Assembly: GCA_963733615.1 (NCBI GenBank)
Contig: CAVTEA010000016.1
Span: 10,186 to 74,185 of the forward strand
Reading direction: 5' to 3'
Length of the DNA stretch: 64,000 nucleotides
Source: an uncultured Actinomycetes bacterium
Lineage (GTDB): Bacteria; Actinomycetota; Actinomycetes; Mycobacteriales; Jatrophihabitantaceae
Position 1 is the stretch's first letter. Every line of letters starts with the position of its first letter. A program made the translations under genes and the position numbers. The notes under the pieces were generated by a model, which was not told where the DNA came from, did not search any database, and saw nothing but the letters and a program-made list of their open reading frames with translations. Positions 1 through 9,199 of the stretch are shown one piece after another.

Positions 1-1
1 C

Positions 2-1258
2 GGCGGGCTCGCGCTGTTCGGACGCTATGCCGAGCGGTACTTCCGCGCGTCGCCGGCCCGCCTCGTGGCCTTCTGCGGTTGGAGTGTGATCGCAGCGATG
101 GCAGCGCTCGCGGCCGGTGTGCTGATGCCGAGCTTCGCGGCGATGTTCGCGCTGTTGGCAATCCTGTCCACGCTCATCGCGGTTCTTCAACCGGGTCTGA
201 CTGCGATACTTCTGTCGCTCGTCGACGCGCCGCAGCGGCCGCATGTCGCCGCCGTCGTCGGCGCGTTCCTCGGCTCCGGGGCGATCCTCGGCACGGTGTT
301 CCTGAGCCAGATCGATGCCGAGTACGGGCTGACCGTCGCGATCGCTGTGCTCGCGGTACCGGGGGTCGCCGGCGGCCTGATCATCCGCAGCGCCCGGTCG
401 ACCGTGGAAGCCGACCTTGACTCGATGATCACCTCGATCCTGGAGTCGGAGGACATCGCAGCGTTGTCCGCTGCCGGAACGCGGCTGCCGATGCTGTCCA
501 CGCGTGGCGTCAACTTCTCCTATGGACAGTTGCAGGTGCTCTTCGATGTCGACTTCACCGTGGACGACGGCGAGATGGTCGCGCTGCTCGGCACGAACGG
601 TGCCGGGAAGTCGACGCTGCTGAAGGTCATCTCCGGGATCGAGCTCCCGCGGTCGGGCACGGTGCGCCTGCGCGGCCACGACGTGACCTACCTCGACGCC
701 GAGCGGCGGCTGCGTCTGGGCATCACGAAGATCCCCGGCGGACGAGCGGTATTCGGGCCGTTGAACGTCGTGGAGAACATGCGGGCCTTCGCCTGCTCCG
801 TCGGCGCCGGGCGCCGCGATGTCGACTCGGCACTCGATCGATGCTTCGAAACGTTCCCTCGGCTGCACGAACGCGCCGGGTCCGCAGCATCGACGCTGTC
901 TGGCGGCGAGCAGCAAATGCTGGGACTCTGCAAGGCACTGATCCTCGGTTCCGACCTCCGGCTGCTCCTGATCGACGAGCTCTCGCTCGGCCTGGCGCCG
1001 ATCGTGGTCGGTCAGCTGCTCGACATCGTCCGCGACATCAACGCAGCCGGCACCGCCGTCGTCCTGGTCGAGCAGTCGGTCAACGTCGCGCTGTCGCTCG
1101 TCGATCACGCCTACTTCATGGAAAAAGGTGAGATCAAATTCGACGGTCCGGCAGCGCAACTGCTCGAACGCCACGATCTCCTGCGGGCAGTGTTCCTCGA
1201 CGGCGCCGGCCGGCACGGCGACGCGCTTACCCCCGGCGGGGGAGGGCCGCACTCGTGA
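2..1258 (+). CDS. LivF-like (HAAT family) ABC transporter ATP-binding protein fused to an N-terminal polytopic membrane (MFS-like) segment; 5' end lies outside the window
   Basis: ORF 65..1258 stays open to the window edge in the same frame. The first ~110 aa are hydrophobic. Walker A GTNGAGKST, signature LSGGEQQM and Walker B LLLIDE are present. The stop overlaps the next start (GTGA at 1255). Confidence 0.85.
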   Translation, partial: GGLALFGRYAERYFRASPARLVAFCGWSVIAAMAALAAGVLMPSFAAMFALLAILSTLIAVLQPGLTAILLSLVDAPQRPHVAAVVGAFLGSGAILGTVFLSQIDAEYGLTVAIAVLAVPGVAGGLIIRSARSTVEADLDSMITSILESEDIAALSAAGTRLPMLSTRGVNFSYGQLQVLFDVDFTVDDGEMVALLGTNGAGKSTLLKVISGIELPRSGTVRLRGHDVTYLDAERRLRLGITKIPGGRAVFGPLNVVENMRAFACSVGAGRRDVDSALDRCFETFPRLHERAGSAASTLSGGEQQMLGLCKALILGSDLRLLLIDELSLGLAPIVVGQLLDIVRDINAAGTAVVLVEQSVNVALSLVDHAYFMEKGEIKFDGPAAQLLERHDLLRAVFLDGAGRHGDALTPGGGGPHS

Positions 1259-4221
1259 CCGCACGCCTGCGCGCCACCGTCCGCGGGTTGCTCGTCGCCC
1301 GGTCCACTCGATACGCCTGGTACATCCTCGGCCTCGCGGCGGTTTCCGTCCTCGCGCTGTACGTCGTGCTGCCGCGGCTGCTTCGGGTCTCAGGAACGGC
1401 CACGCATCGGTGGCAGACTCCCGCGCCGTACCTTCTGCTCGGCGTGATTCACGGCATGGTGTACGGCCTGCTCGCGGTCGGGCTCGTGTTGATCTACCGC
1501 AGCAACCGGATCATCAACTTCGCGCACGGGCAGGTTGGGGCGTTCGGCGCCACCGTCTTCGCCTGGGCCGTCACCAAGGCGCACGTGCCGTACTTCGTGG
1601 CGTTCGTGCCGGCTCTGGCTGTATCGGCTGTGGCATCTGCCCTGGCCGAAGTCCTGGTCATCCGCCGGCTGCGCAAGGCGCCGCCGTTGATGAGTATCGT
1701 CGCGACGCTCGGCGTCGGCACCGTGCTGGTCGCGTTGGCCGGCGTCATCGGCGGCCAGGTGACGTCAGGGGCGCTCTTCCCGCAGCCACCGCTGCCTCAG
1801 TTCATGGTGGGCCCACTGCTTGTGACACCCGCCTATCTGGCCATGCTGACGCTGTCGCCTCTCGTCGTGATCGGCGTCGGCTGCTTTCTCAAGCTGACGC
1901 GGTTCGGCCTGCACATTCGCGCGTCGGCAGCGAATCCCGAGGCCGCGCGGATGGCCGGGATCTTCGCGTCGAGGATGTCCGGGCTCGCGTGGGCGGTGGC
2001 CGGCGCCATCGCGGCATTCGGAGGCATCCTCACCGCGCCCACGCTCGGCGTCGGAACCGGTGAGGCATTCGGGCCCTCACTACTGCTTCGCGCGCTCGTC
2101 TGTGCCGTGATCGGACGGATGGTCAGCTTCGGCTGGGCCCTCGCGGGCGGCATCGGTTTCGGCGTCATCGAGCAACTGCTGCTTGCCAACTACCCCAACG
2201 GCGGTGCCGTCGACCTCGTGCTGTTCGTGCTCATCCTCGTCGTGATGTTGGTGCAGCGTCAGGTCGTCGGCCGCTCGGACGAGCGGGGCAGTTGGGCAGC
2301 GGTGCAACGGATCGAGCCGCTGCCGGCGCAGCTGCGCCGGGTGTGGCTGCTCCGCAACCTGGGTTGGGTCGTGGGCATCGTCGCGCTCGGCGCCGCGGCG
2401 ATGCTCCCTCTCCTGATGAGCAACAGCAACAGCGCCAAGCTGACGGCCATCGTCGCCTACGTCATCGTCGGGTTGTCGTTGACCGTCGTCACCGGTCTCG
2501 GCGGGCAGGTTTCCCTCGGGCAGTTCGGCGTCGCCGCCATCGGAGCGATCGTCAGCTATCAGGTCGCCAGCCGAACCGGCAACTTCATCGAGTCGTTCGC
2601 TCTCGCCGGATGCGCCGGCGCGATCATGTCGATCGTGCTCGGCCTTCCCGCGCTGCGGGTGAAGGGCCTGTTGTTGACGGTCACCACGCTCGCTTTCGCC
2701 GTCGTCGTGCCGTCCTACGTGGCGGCGCAGCCGTGGGCGTTCGGTAGCGGCGTGTTCCCGGGACGCCCGATCCTGTTCGGCCACGCGATGACGACGGACA
2801 AGGCGTACCTGTCGGTGGCGTTGGCTCTCCTCGCACTGTCGCTGCTGCTGGCCAGCAATGTGCGTCGCGGAGGACTGGGACGCCTGCTCGTCGCGGTCCG
2901 CGACAATGAGGACGCCGCGCGGGGTTTCTCGATCTCGCCGATGAAGGTCAAGCTGGCGGGCTTCGCCGTGGCCGGGCTGATGGCCGGCATCGGCGGGGCG
3001 GTGTACGGCCACCTGTTCTCGTTGCTGACCAGCACGTCGTTCCCGACCCAGACGAGCATCGACATCGTCGTCATGACGGTCATCGGCGGAATCGCGCAGC
3101 TGTCCGGGCCGTTCCTCGGCGCGCTGGTCGTGTTCGTGCTGCCGACCTTCGTAACGCTCAAGTCGTTCGCGATCTTCGCCACGGCCGCCGGGCAGTTGCT
3201 GATCATCATGTACCTGCCGGGCGGAGTGGGTCAGCTGATCACACCGATCAGGAACGGGTTCGCCCGGTGGATCGGCGCCGCGTACGGCATTGACGTGGAT
3301 GCTGCCTTCCGCCGGCAGCGGGCAGAGCCGACGGCCGACGACCTCTACGACGTCCTCGGAACACAGTCGAGCCGCGACAACGCGCGCTACCAGCTCCGCG
3401 AGCGCCGTCCGGCGGCCGGGCAAGAGGGTATTGCCCTGGAAGCAGTCGGCCTGACCAAATCGTTCGGTGGCGTGCAGGCCGTGCGAGGCGTCTCGTTCGA
3501 GGTGGCTTTCGGCGAGACCGTGGGTCTCATCGGCCCGAACGGTGCGGGCAAGACGACGACGTTTGAACTGCTCACCGGATTCACCGCCGTCGATCGCGGG
3601 ACGGTGCACTACGCCGGGAGAGACATCACCGGGCTCAGTCCGCAGGCCCGCGCCAGGACCGGACTCATCCGAAGCTTCCAGGATGCCAGCCTCTTCCAGA
3701 CCCTGACGGTCACCGAATGCGTCCAGGTCGCGCTCGAGCGCGCGAAGCGCACCGCCGTGCTGCCCGCCCTACTCGGCGGAACGCGACGCGAACGATGGAA
3801 GGAACGGCACGCCAACGACCTCGTCGGCTGGATGGGACTGACGCCGTTTCGATCTGCCCGCGTCATGGAGCTGTCGACCGGCACGCGGCGCATCGCCGAG
3901 CTGGCGTGTCTGGTCGCGCTCGAGCCGCAGGTTCTGCTGCTCGACGAACCGTCGTCCGGGATCGCGCAACATGACACCGAGGCGCTCGGCGAGCTGCTGG
4001 TCCGACTGCGCGACGAACTCTCCCTGACCCTGGTTGTCATCGAGCACGACATCCCGCTGATCATGGGATTGGCCGACCGCATCGTGGTCATGGCCGACGG
4101 TTCAGTCATCGCCGCAGGGTCGCCCGAGACCGTACGTAACGACCCCGGTGTCGTCGAGGCGTACCTCGGCGGAAGCGTCGCGGCGATCGAGCGCTCCACC
4201 ACGCGAACCGCAGTCGGTTGA
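1255..4221 (+). CDS. Fused branched-chain amino acid-type ABC transporter: LivH-like permease + LivM-like permease + LivG-like ATPase in one 988-aa polypeptide
   Basis: Uninterrupted 988-aa ORF. There are two polytopic permease halves (IYRSNRIINFAHGQ; GGQVSLGQFGVAAIGA). The C-terminal ATPase has Walker A GPNGAGKTT, signature LSTGTRR and Walker B LLLDEPSSG. Confidence 0.9.
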   Translation: MTARLRATVRGLLVARSTRYAWYILGLAAVSVLALYVVLPRLLRVSGTATHRWQTPAPYLLLGVIHGMVYGLLAVGLVLIYRSNRIINFAHGQVGAFGATVFAWAVTKAHVPYFVAFVPALAVSAVASALAEVLVIRRLRKAPPLMSIVATLGVGTVLVALAGVIGGQVTSGALFPQPPLPQFMVGPLLVTPAYLAMLTLSPLVVIGVGCFLKLTRFGLHIRASAANPEAARMAGIFASRMSGLAWAVAGAIAAFGGILTAPTLGVGTGEAFGPSLLLRALVCAVIGRMVSFGWALAGGIGFGVIEQLLLANYPNGGAVDLVLFVLILVVMLVQRQVVGRSDERGSWAAVQRIEPLPAQLRRVWLLRNLGWVVGIVALGAAAMLPLLMSNSNSAKLTAIVAYVIVGLSLTVVTGLGGQVSLGQFGVAAIGAIVSYQVASRTGNFIESFALAGCAGAIMSIVLGLPALRVKGLLLTVTTLAFAVVVPSYVAAQPWAFGSGVFPGRPILFGHAMTTDKAYLSVALALLALSLLLASNVRRGGLGRLLVAVRDNEDAARGFSISPMKVKLAGFAVAGLMAGIGGAVYGHLFSLLTSTSFPTQTSIDIVVMTVIGGIAQLSGPFLGALVVFVLPTFVTLKSFAIFATAAGQLLIIMYLPGGVGQLITPIRNGFARWIGAAYGIDVDAAFRRQRAEPTADDLYDVLGTQSSRDNARYQLRERRPAAGQEGIALEAVGLTKSFGGVQAVRGVSFEVAFGETVGLIGPNGAGKTTTFELLTGFTAVDRGTVHYAGRDITGLSPQARARTGLIRSFQDASLFQTLTVTECVQVALERAKRTAVLPALLGGTRRERWKERHANDLVGWMGLTPFRSARVMELSTGTRRIAELACLVALEPQVLLLDEPSSGIAQHDTEALGELLVRLRDELSLTLVVIEHDIPLIMGLADRIVVMADGSVIAAGSPETVRNDPGVVEAYLGGSVAAIERSTTRTAVG

Positions 4222-4243
4222 CCGGGGCTTCTCCAGCGCCGTA

Positions 4244-4273
4244 TTGTCACTAAAACATTTAAGTAGATAAGGT
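4244..4273 (+). promoter_or_regulatory. Candidate sigma-70-type promoter (TTGTCA-18-TAAGGT) in an unusually AT-rich 40-bp patch upstream of the CoA-transferase genes
   Basis: Sequence attgtcactaaaacatttaagtagataaggtaatttgatg lies 25-55 bp upstream of the ATG at 4300. It is the only AT-rich patch in this region. Confidence 0.3.
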
Positions 4274-4299
4274 AATTTGATGATGCGCGCGAAGCAGCA

Positions 4300-5433
4300 A
4301 TGAGCGGACCCCTCGCCGGCATCAAGGTGGTCGAGCTGGCCGCCCAGGGCCCGGGCCCGTTCGCGGCCATGCTTCTGGCGGACCTCGGCGCCGAGGTGCT
4401 GCGTGTCGATCGAGCCGCATCGGTCGGCCTGACCACGTCCCATGACCTGATCAACCGTGGCCGGCGGTCGGTCGCCGTCGATCTCAAGACCCCCGAGGGG
4501 GTCGAGGTCGTACTGCGCCTTGCCGAGGGCGCCGATGCGCTGATCGAGGGATTCCGCCCGGGCGTCGTCGAGCGCCTCGGCGTCGGGCCGGCGGCGTGTC
4601 AGGCCCGCAATCCCCGGCTCGTCTACGGCCGGATGACCGGCTGGGGGCAGGCCGGCCCGTACGCGCGGGTGGCGGGCCACGACATCAACTACCTCGCCCT
4701 GTCCGGCACGCTGCACATGATCGGGCGCGCATCGTCCCCGCCGGTCATCCCCGTCAACCTGCTGGGCGACTACGCGGGCGGCGGTTTGCTGCTTGCGTAC
4801 GGGTTGGTCAGCGGACTCCTCGAGGCCGCGCGGTCGGGTCTCGGGCAGGTCATCGATACGGCGATGGTCGACGGTGCGGCGCTGCTCGCCACGTTCGTCC
4901 ACAGTGGACTGGCCGCCGGCACGTGGAGCGAGGATCGCGGGACGAACCTGCTCGACGGCGGCAGCCCGTTCTATGACGTCTACGAAACGGCCGACGGCGA
5001 GTTCATCGCGATCGGCACGATCGAGATCCGATTCTTCCTGGACCTGATCGGCCGTCTCGGTCTCGGCGAGGACGTCGCGAGCTGGCACGGCGATCCCGAG
5101 CGATGGCCCGAGCTGCGGACGCGACTAACGGATACGTTCCGGCGCAAGACGCGCGACCAGTGGTGTGCCGTCCTCGAAGGCATCGACGCGTGCTTCGCGC
5201 CGGTGCTGCGCCCGTCGGAGGCTCCGAAGCATCCGCACCTCGCGTACCGCGAGACGTTCGTCGAGGTCGGCGGTGTGTGCCAGCCCGCTCCGGCACCGCG
5301 CTTCAGTCGGACGCCGGCAGCCATCGAGCGACCGCCCGCCAACCCCGGCGAGCACACGGACGAAGCGTTGCTCGACTGGGGATTCTCCGCGGACGAAGTT
5401 CGCACGCTGCGCTACCGAGACGCGATCGCATGA
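4300..5433 (+). CDS. Family III CoA-transferase (CaiB/BaiF) / alpha-methylacyl-CoA racemase-like protein
   Basis: 377-aa ORF. The N-terminus GIKVVELAAQGPGPFAAMLLADLGAEVLRVDR is typical of the CaiB/BaiF/MCR family. The gene is ATGA-coupled to the next gene. Confidence 0.85.
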   Translation: MSGPLAGIKVVELAAQGPGPFAAMLLADLGAEVLRVDRAASVGLTTSHDLINRGRRSVAVDLKTPEGVEVVLRLAEGADALIEGFRPGVVERLGVGPAACQARNPRLVYGRMTGWGQAGPYARVAGHDINYLALSGTLHMIGRASSPPVIPVNLLGDYAGGGLLLAYGLVSGLLEAARSGLGQVIDTAMVDGAALLATFVHSGLAAGTWSEDRGTNLLDGGSPFYDVYETADGEFIAIGTIEIRFFLDLIGRLGLGEDVASWHGDPERWPELRTRLTDTFRRKTRDQWCAVLEGIDACFAPVLRPSEAPKHPHLAYRETFVEVGGVCQPAPAPRFSRTPAAIERPPANPGEHTDEALLDWGFSADEVRTLRYRDAIA

Positions 5434-6665
5434 GGGCCGGTCCGCGAACGGGCGGCGATGCGGCCGGGTCGCCAGCCGGCCCGCTCGCGGGCGTCCGCGT
5501 CGTCGAGTTGGGCTTCTGGGTCGCTGGGCCGTCGACGGCGGGTCTGCTCTGCGACTGGGGTGCCGAGGTGATCAAGATGGAACCGCCGGCGGGCGACCCC
5601 TTGCGCCGGTTCATCGTCAGTACTGGCGGCGCTGGCGGCAATCCGGCCTTCGAACTCGATAACCGCGGCAAGCGCAGCGTGTCCCTGGACCTGCGCACGG
5701 AAACGGGCGCCGCGATCGCACGGGACCTCGTCTCCGGTGCCGATGTCTTCGTGACGAATCTGCGCCCGGCGGCCCTGACCCGTCTCGGCCTGGACTACGA
5801 GAGCCTCCGGGACGGCTGCCCGGGTCTGGTCTACGCATCCGTGACCGGCTACGGAAGCGGAGGGCCCGACGCGGACCGAGCGGCCTTCGACGCGGGTGCA
5901 TTCTGGTCGCGCGCCGGCGTCGCCCGTGCCATTGCGGGACCCGGCGTACCGCCGCCGGTGCAACGGGGCGGAATGGGCGATCACTGGGCGGGCGTGTCGG
6001 CTGCGGCGGGTGTGTGTGCGGCTCTGCTCCAGCGGGTCACGACCGGTCGGGGCCAACAGGTGTCGACCTCACTGCTGCGCGTCGGCGCCTACACCGTGTC
6101 CTGGGATCTCGACATCGAGCTGCGGACGGGCGCGCCGATCCCGCACTTCACGCGCGAGGTCCCGGGCAACCCGCTGTACAACTCCTACCGAACCAAGGAC
6201 GGAGGCTGGATCTGGCTGCTCTGCCTGGATCCCGAACGGCACTTGGCGGACGTGAAGAACGCCCTCGGCCTGACCGACGGTGATCTGGAGGGCCGATTCA
6301 CCTCGCCGGAAACGTGGGCCGCCGATTCGGCCGAGCTGGTCGGCCGGCTCGAAGCCCTCTTCACCACGCGGACGACGAAGGAGTGGGCGGAGGTTTTGGA
6401 CGCGCACGGGGTGTGGTGGGCGCCCGTCCAGTCACCGAGCGACTTGCTGAGCGACCCGCAAGCCGAGGCCGCCGGCGTCTTCCTCCGCCGCGAGACCGCG
6501 GGCGGTCCTGAGCGGACGGTCGCGGGCCCCGTGGACTTCGCCGGCTTCGCTCCCTGCGTTCGGGACGCACCCGCGGTCGGCGAGCACACCGAAGCAGTCC
6601 TGGTCGAGCTCGGTCTTGATGCCGACGACATCGCCCGCCTGGCGGCGAAGGGAGTTCTCGGGTGA
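5430..6665 (+). CDS. Family III CoA-transferase (CaiB/BaiF family)
   Basis: In-frame ATG at 5430 overlaps the upstream stop (ATGA). Motif GVRVVELGFWVAGPSTAGLLCDWGAEVIKMEPP is present. The part of track ORF 5103..6665 upstream of 5430 overlaps the preceding gene and is not credible. Confidence 0.85.
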   Translation: MRAGPRTGGDAAGSPAGPLAGVRVVELGFWVAGPSTAGLLCDWGAEVIKMEPPAGDPLRRFIVSTGGAGGNPAFELDNRGKRSVSLDLRTETGAAIARDLVSGADVFVTNLRPAALTRLGLDYESLRDGCPGLVYASVTGYGSGGPDADRAAFDAGAFWSRAGVARAIAGPGVPPPVQRGGMGDHWAGVSAAAGVCAALLQRVTTGRGQQVSTSLLRVGAYTVSWDLDIELRTGAPIPHFTREVPGNPLYNSYRTKDGGWIWLLCLDPERHLADVKNALGLTDGDLEGRFTSPETWAADSAELVGRLEALFTTRTTKEWAEVLDAHGVWWAPVQSPSDLLSDPQAEAAGVFLRRETAGGPERTVAGPVDFAGFAPCVRDAPAVGEHTEAVLVELGLDADDIARLAAKGVLG

Positions 6666-6700
6666 TCTCCCAGAACAGTTCCGACGAAGGGAAGAGCCCG

Positions 6701-7627
6701 ATGTCTCACTACCGCTACCTCACCTACGAGCGTTTGGACGGGGGCGCGATCGCCCGGATCCTGCTCAATCGCCCGCGAAGCAGAAACGCGCAGAACCGTG
6801 GGCTGCTGGAAGAGCTCGACCGCGCCTTCATGCAGGCTGAGGCAGACGACGACGTGCGGGTTGTGATCCTGGGCGGGGTCGGGCCCGCGTTCTCGTCCGG
6901 TCACGACCTCGGGTCGAGCGACGACCGCGACGAGCGAAGCGCTGGTCCGGATCAGCTCGCGAGCTACCGGGCCAACGGCGCCACGCGCGGCGGGGCCGAG
7001 GGTCGCATGCTGCAGGAGTGGCACTACTACCTCGAGAACACCCGGCGCTGGCGGAACCTGCGCAAGATCACGATCGCGCAGGTCCACGGCCCGGTCATCG
7101 CCGGCGGTCTCATGCTCATGTGGTGCTGCGATCTGATCGTCGCCGGCGAAGACGCCACGTTCACCGACCTCGTCGGGACCAAGCTGGGAATGTGCGGCGT
7201 GGAGTACTTCGCCCACCCGTGGGAGTTCGGCCCGCGCAAGACGAAAGAACTGCTGCTGACCGGCGATTACCTGGACGCCCACGACGCGCACGCAATCGGC
7301 ATGGTGGCCAAGGTGTTCCCGAATGACACGCTCGCGGAGAGCACTGTGGCGTTTGCCCGTCGCATCGCAGCGTTGCCCAGCATGACCGCACTGCTGGTCA
7401 AGGAATCGGTCAACCAGACCGTCGACAACATGGGCTTCCACAACGCGCTGCAAGCGTGCTTCACCTTGCACCAGCTCAACCATTCGCACTGGGCTGAAGT
7501 GCATCAGAACGGCGCTCCGTGTGGGCTGCCCGAGGACGGTCTGCCCGAGTGGCATCTGGCGCCACGCCCCGCGCACGCGGAAAAGGCGTCCGTTCGGTCC
7601 GCGGCCGTTTCGTCAACTTCAGGTTGA
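6701..7627 (+). CDS. Enoyl-CoA hydratase/isomerase (crotonase superfamily)
   Basis: ATG at 6701 is preceded by gaagggaagag (SD-like). Crotonase motifs VVILGGVGPAFSSGHDLG and GPVIAGGLMLMWCCDLIVA are present. Confidence 0.85.
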   Translation: MSHYRYLTYERLDGGAIARILLNRPRSRNAQNRGLLEELDRAFMQAEADDDVRVVILGGVGPAFSSGHDLGSSDDRDERSAGPDQLASYRANGATRGGAEGRMLQEWHYYLENTRRWRNLRKITIAQVHGPVIAGGLMLMWCCDLIVAGEDATFTDLVGTKLGMCGVEYFAHPWEFGPRKTKELLLTGDYLDAHDAHAIGMVAKVFPNDTLAESTVAFARRIAALPSMTALLVKESVNQTVDNMGFHNALQACFTLHQLNHSHWAEVHQNGAPCGLPEDGLPEWHLAPRPAHAEKASVRSAAVSSTSG

Positions 7628-7656
7628 CTTGGCAGGAGCGTCAACCTGAAGTTGAC
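7612..7656. promoter_or_regulatory. Perfect 17-bp inverted repeat (GTCAACTTCAGGTTGAC - 11 nt - GTCAACCTGAAGTTGAC): a strong hairpin/terminator candidate or a pair of palindromic operators
   Basis: Read directly from the sequence. Arm 1 spans the stop codon of the hydratase gene. Arm 2 spans the TTG start of ORF 7652. Each arm is itself GTCAAC-N5-GTTGAC. No T-tract follows. Confidence 0.5.
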
Positions 7657-8403
7657 GCACGACGACACCTTTCCCGGTACCTCTCGACAATCTCATCGCC
7701 TACGTCAAAGCCCTGCGACCGCAAGGGAAACCGCTCGACGAACTGGCCACGGCGGTCACGGTCGCCGAGCGCCTCGACGAGCAGGCCGACGCACTGATCG
7801 GCCACTTCGTGGACAAGCCCGTCGTTCCGGCGCGTCATGGAGCCAGATCGGGTCGAGCATGGGCGTGTCCAAGCAGGCCGCCCAGAAGCGGTTCGTTCCG
7901 CGGTGGGACGACTCTGACCCAATCCCCGATGAACAGCTGTTCTCCCGGTACACACCGCGGGCCCGTAACGTGCTTGCGATGGCACACGCGCTCGCGGAAT
8001 CCGCCGACGTATCGGCCGGCGCGATCGTGGTTGGACTACTCAGCGAACCGGAGGGCCTCGCGGCCAAGATCCTGCATCAACTCGGCACGACCGACGCGGC
8101 GATGTCCTCCGCGTTCGGACTTCAGCCTCCCGATGCGCGCCCCGACGCCGATCCCGCCGTACTGCGCCAGATGCCGTTCGCCGACGACGCCAAGGCGCTC
8201 CTACGCGGAACCCTGAAGGCCGTGCTGCGGCTCGGGCACAACTATGTCGGCGCCGAACATCTGCTTTAGGCGCCCTGTTCGCCGACGGCGCGCCGGCCAA
8301 GACGCTGCGCGGCCTGGGCGTGACAGCTGAAAGTGTCGAGGCGGGCAGCAGCACCGAGATCGCCCGCATCCACGCTGAACGAACCGGAGAGCAAGCAAGC
8401 TGA
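7652..8403 (+). pseudogene. Clp protease N-terminal (Clp_N) domain protein with an N-terminal HTH-like segment, disrupted by at least 3 frameshifts
   Basis: The coherent protein is only recovered by switching frames. The pieces are PLDNLIAYVKALRPQGKPLDELATAVTVAERLDEQADALIGHFVDK, then ARRSGASWSQIGSSMGVSKQAAQKRF...LRLGHNYVGAEHLL, then GALFADGAPAKTLRGLGVTAESVEAG... Confidence 0.7.
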
Positions 8404-8448
8404 CCAGACACGATCAGGCATCGCAGCTTTGGCCCAGTACGACAGTCG

Positions 8449-9199
8449 GTGTGCCAAGAACGCGGAAGGTGAGGCCGGTGTAGGAGTCCCTCGCTGGATG
8501 CGGTGTTGTGCAGGAGATGAAGGTTGTGGCCCTTCGGCGCCGCCCTGCGGGGGGAGGCGTCAAACCACCTCGAGCTGTGTTGGTTGAAGACCGTCGTGGT
8601 GAGCGTCGAGGAAAAGGCGCACGTGATGTGTCAGGTGGGGATCGGGAAGGCGAGCGTGAGCGAACCGCTGTTGACGTGTCGAGAAGTAGGAGTGACATCG
8701 AAACCGGGCCGATCGGCTGGGGTCCGGGATGAGCCTGGCGGGTGCCCGCTGATTGGCCAGGTGGTGTCCGGCATGAAGGCGGCGCGAGCCCGGTCTGCGG
8801 CTTCTGCATGGAACTTGGGAAGGCAGGCGTCGACACTGTCGATTTCGGCCACTTGGTGGTCCGGTTCGGTGAGAGGGAGCGCGCCCGGCGGCGGAAACCG
8901 TGAGGCGTTGAGTACCGTCGCGAGGCCTGCTGGCGGACCGGCTTGTAGTAGTGAAGAAGCTGCGGTAATCGCGGTGGAGGGAAGGGGCCGGCTCATTCGT
9001 GCCGACGTCGCGTGGGCAACCGGGCATCGTCTGGGAGGACTCGCGTGAGTGCGGCAGGGTTGCAGGACAAGTCGTTTGTGATCTCCAAGCGGTTGGTGTG
9101 GGAGGCATATGAGAAGGTCAAGGCGAACAAGGGCGCGGCTGGGGTCGATAGGGAGTCGCTGACGGCGTTCGAGGCCGATCTGAAGGGCAACCTCATCTG
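8449..9199 (+). mobile_element. 5' fragment of a group II intron (ribozyme domains plus the first ~50 codons of the intron-encoded reverse transcriptase/maturase), truncated at about 9200
   Basis: GTGTG at 8449 resembles the intron 5' consensus GUGYG. ORF 9012..9200 (likely GTG start at 9045) encodes SKRLVWEAYEKVKANKGAAGVDRESLTAFEADLKGNL, the conserved N-terminus of group II intron RTs. It stops abruptly at the IS630 junction. Confidence 0.6.

Noticed and set aside
2080-3609. 509-aa ORF antisense to the Liv permease/ATPase fusion, and similar long antisense ORFs at 6185..7576, 22595..23947, 37905..39080, 34562..35611, 45331..46674
   Set aside because: All lie opposite genes with strong family signatures. 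They have Arg/Asp/Gly/His-rich compositions typical of antisense frames in high-GC DNA. No motifs were recognised.
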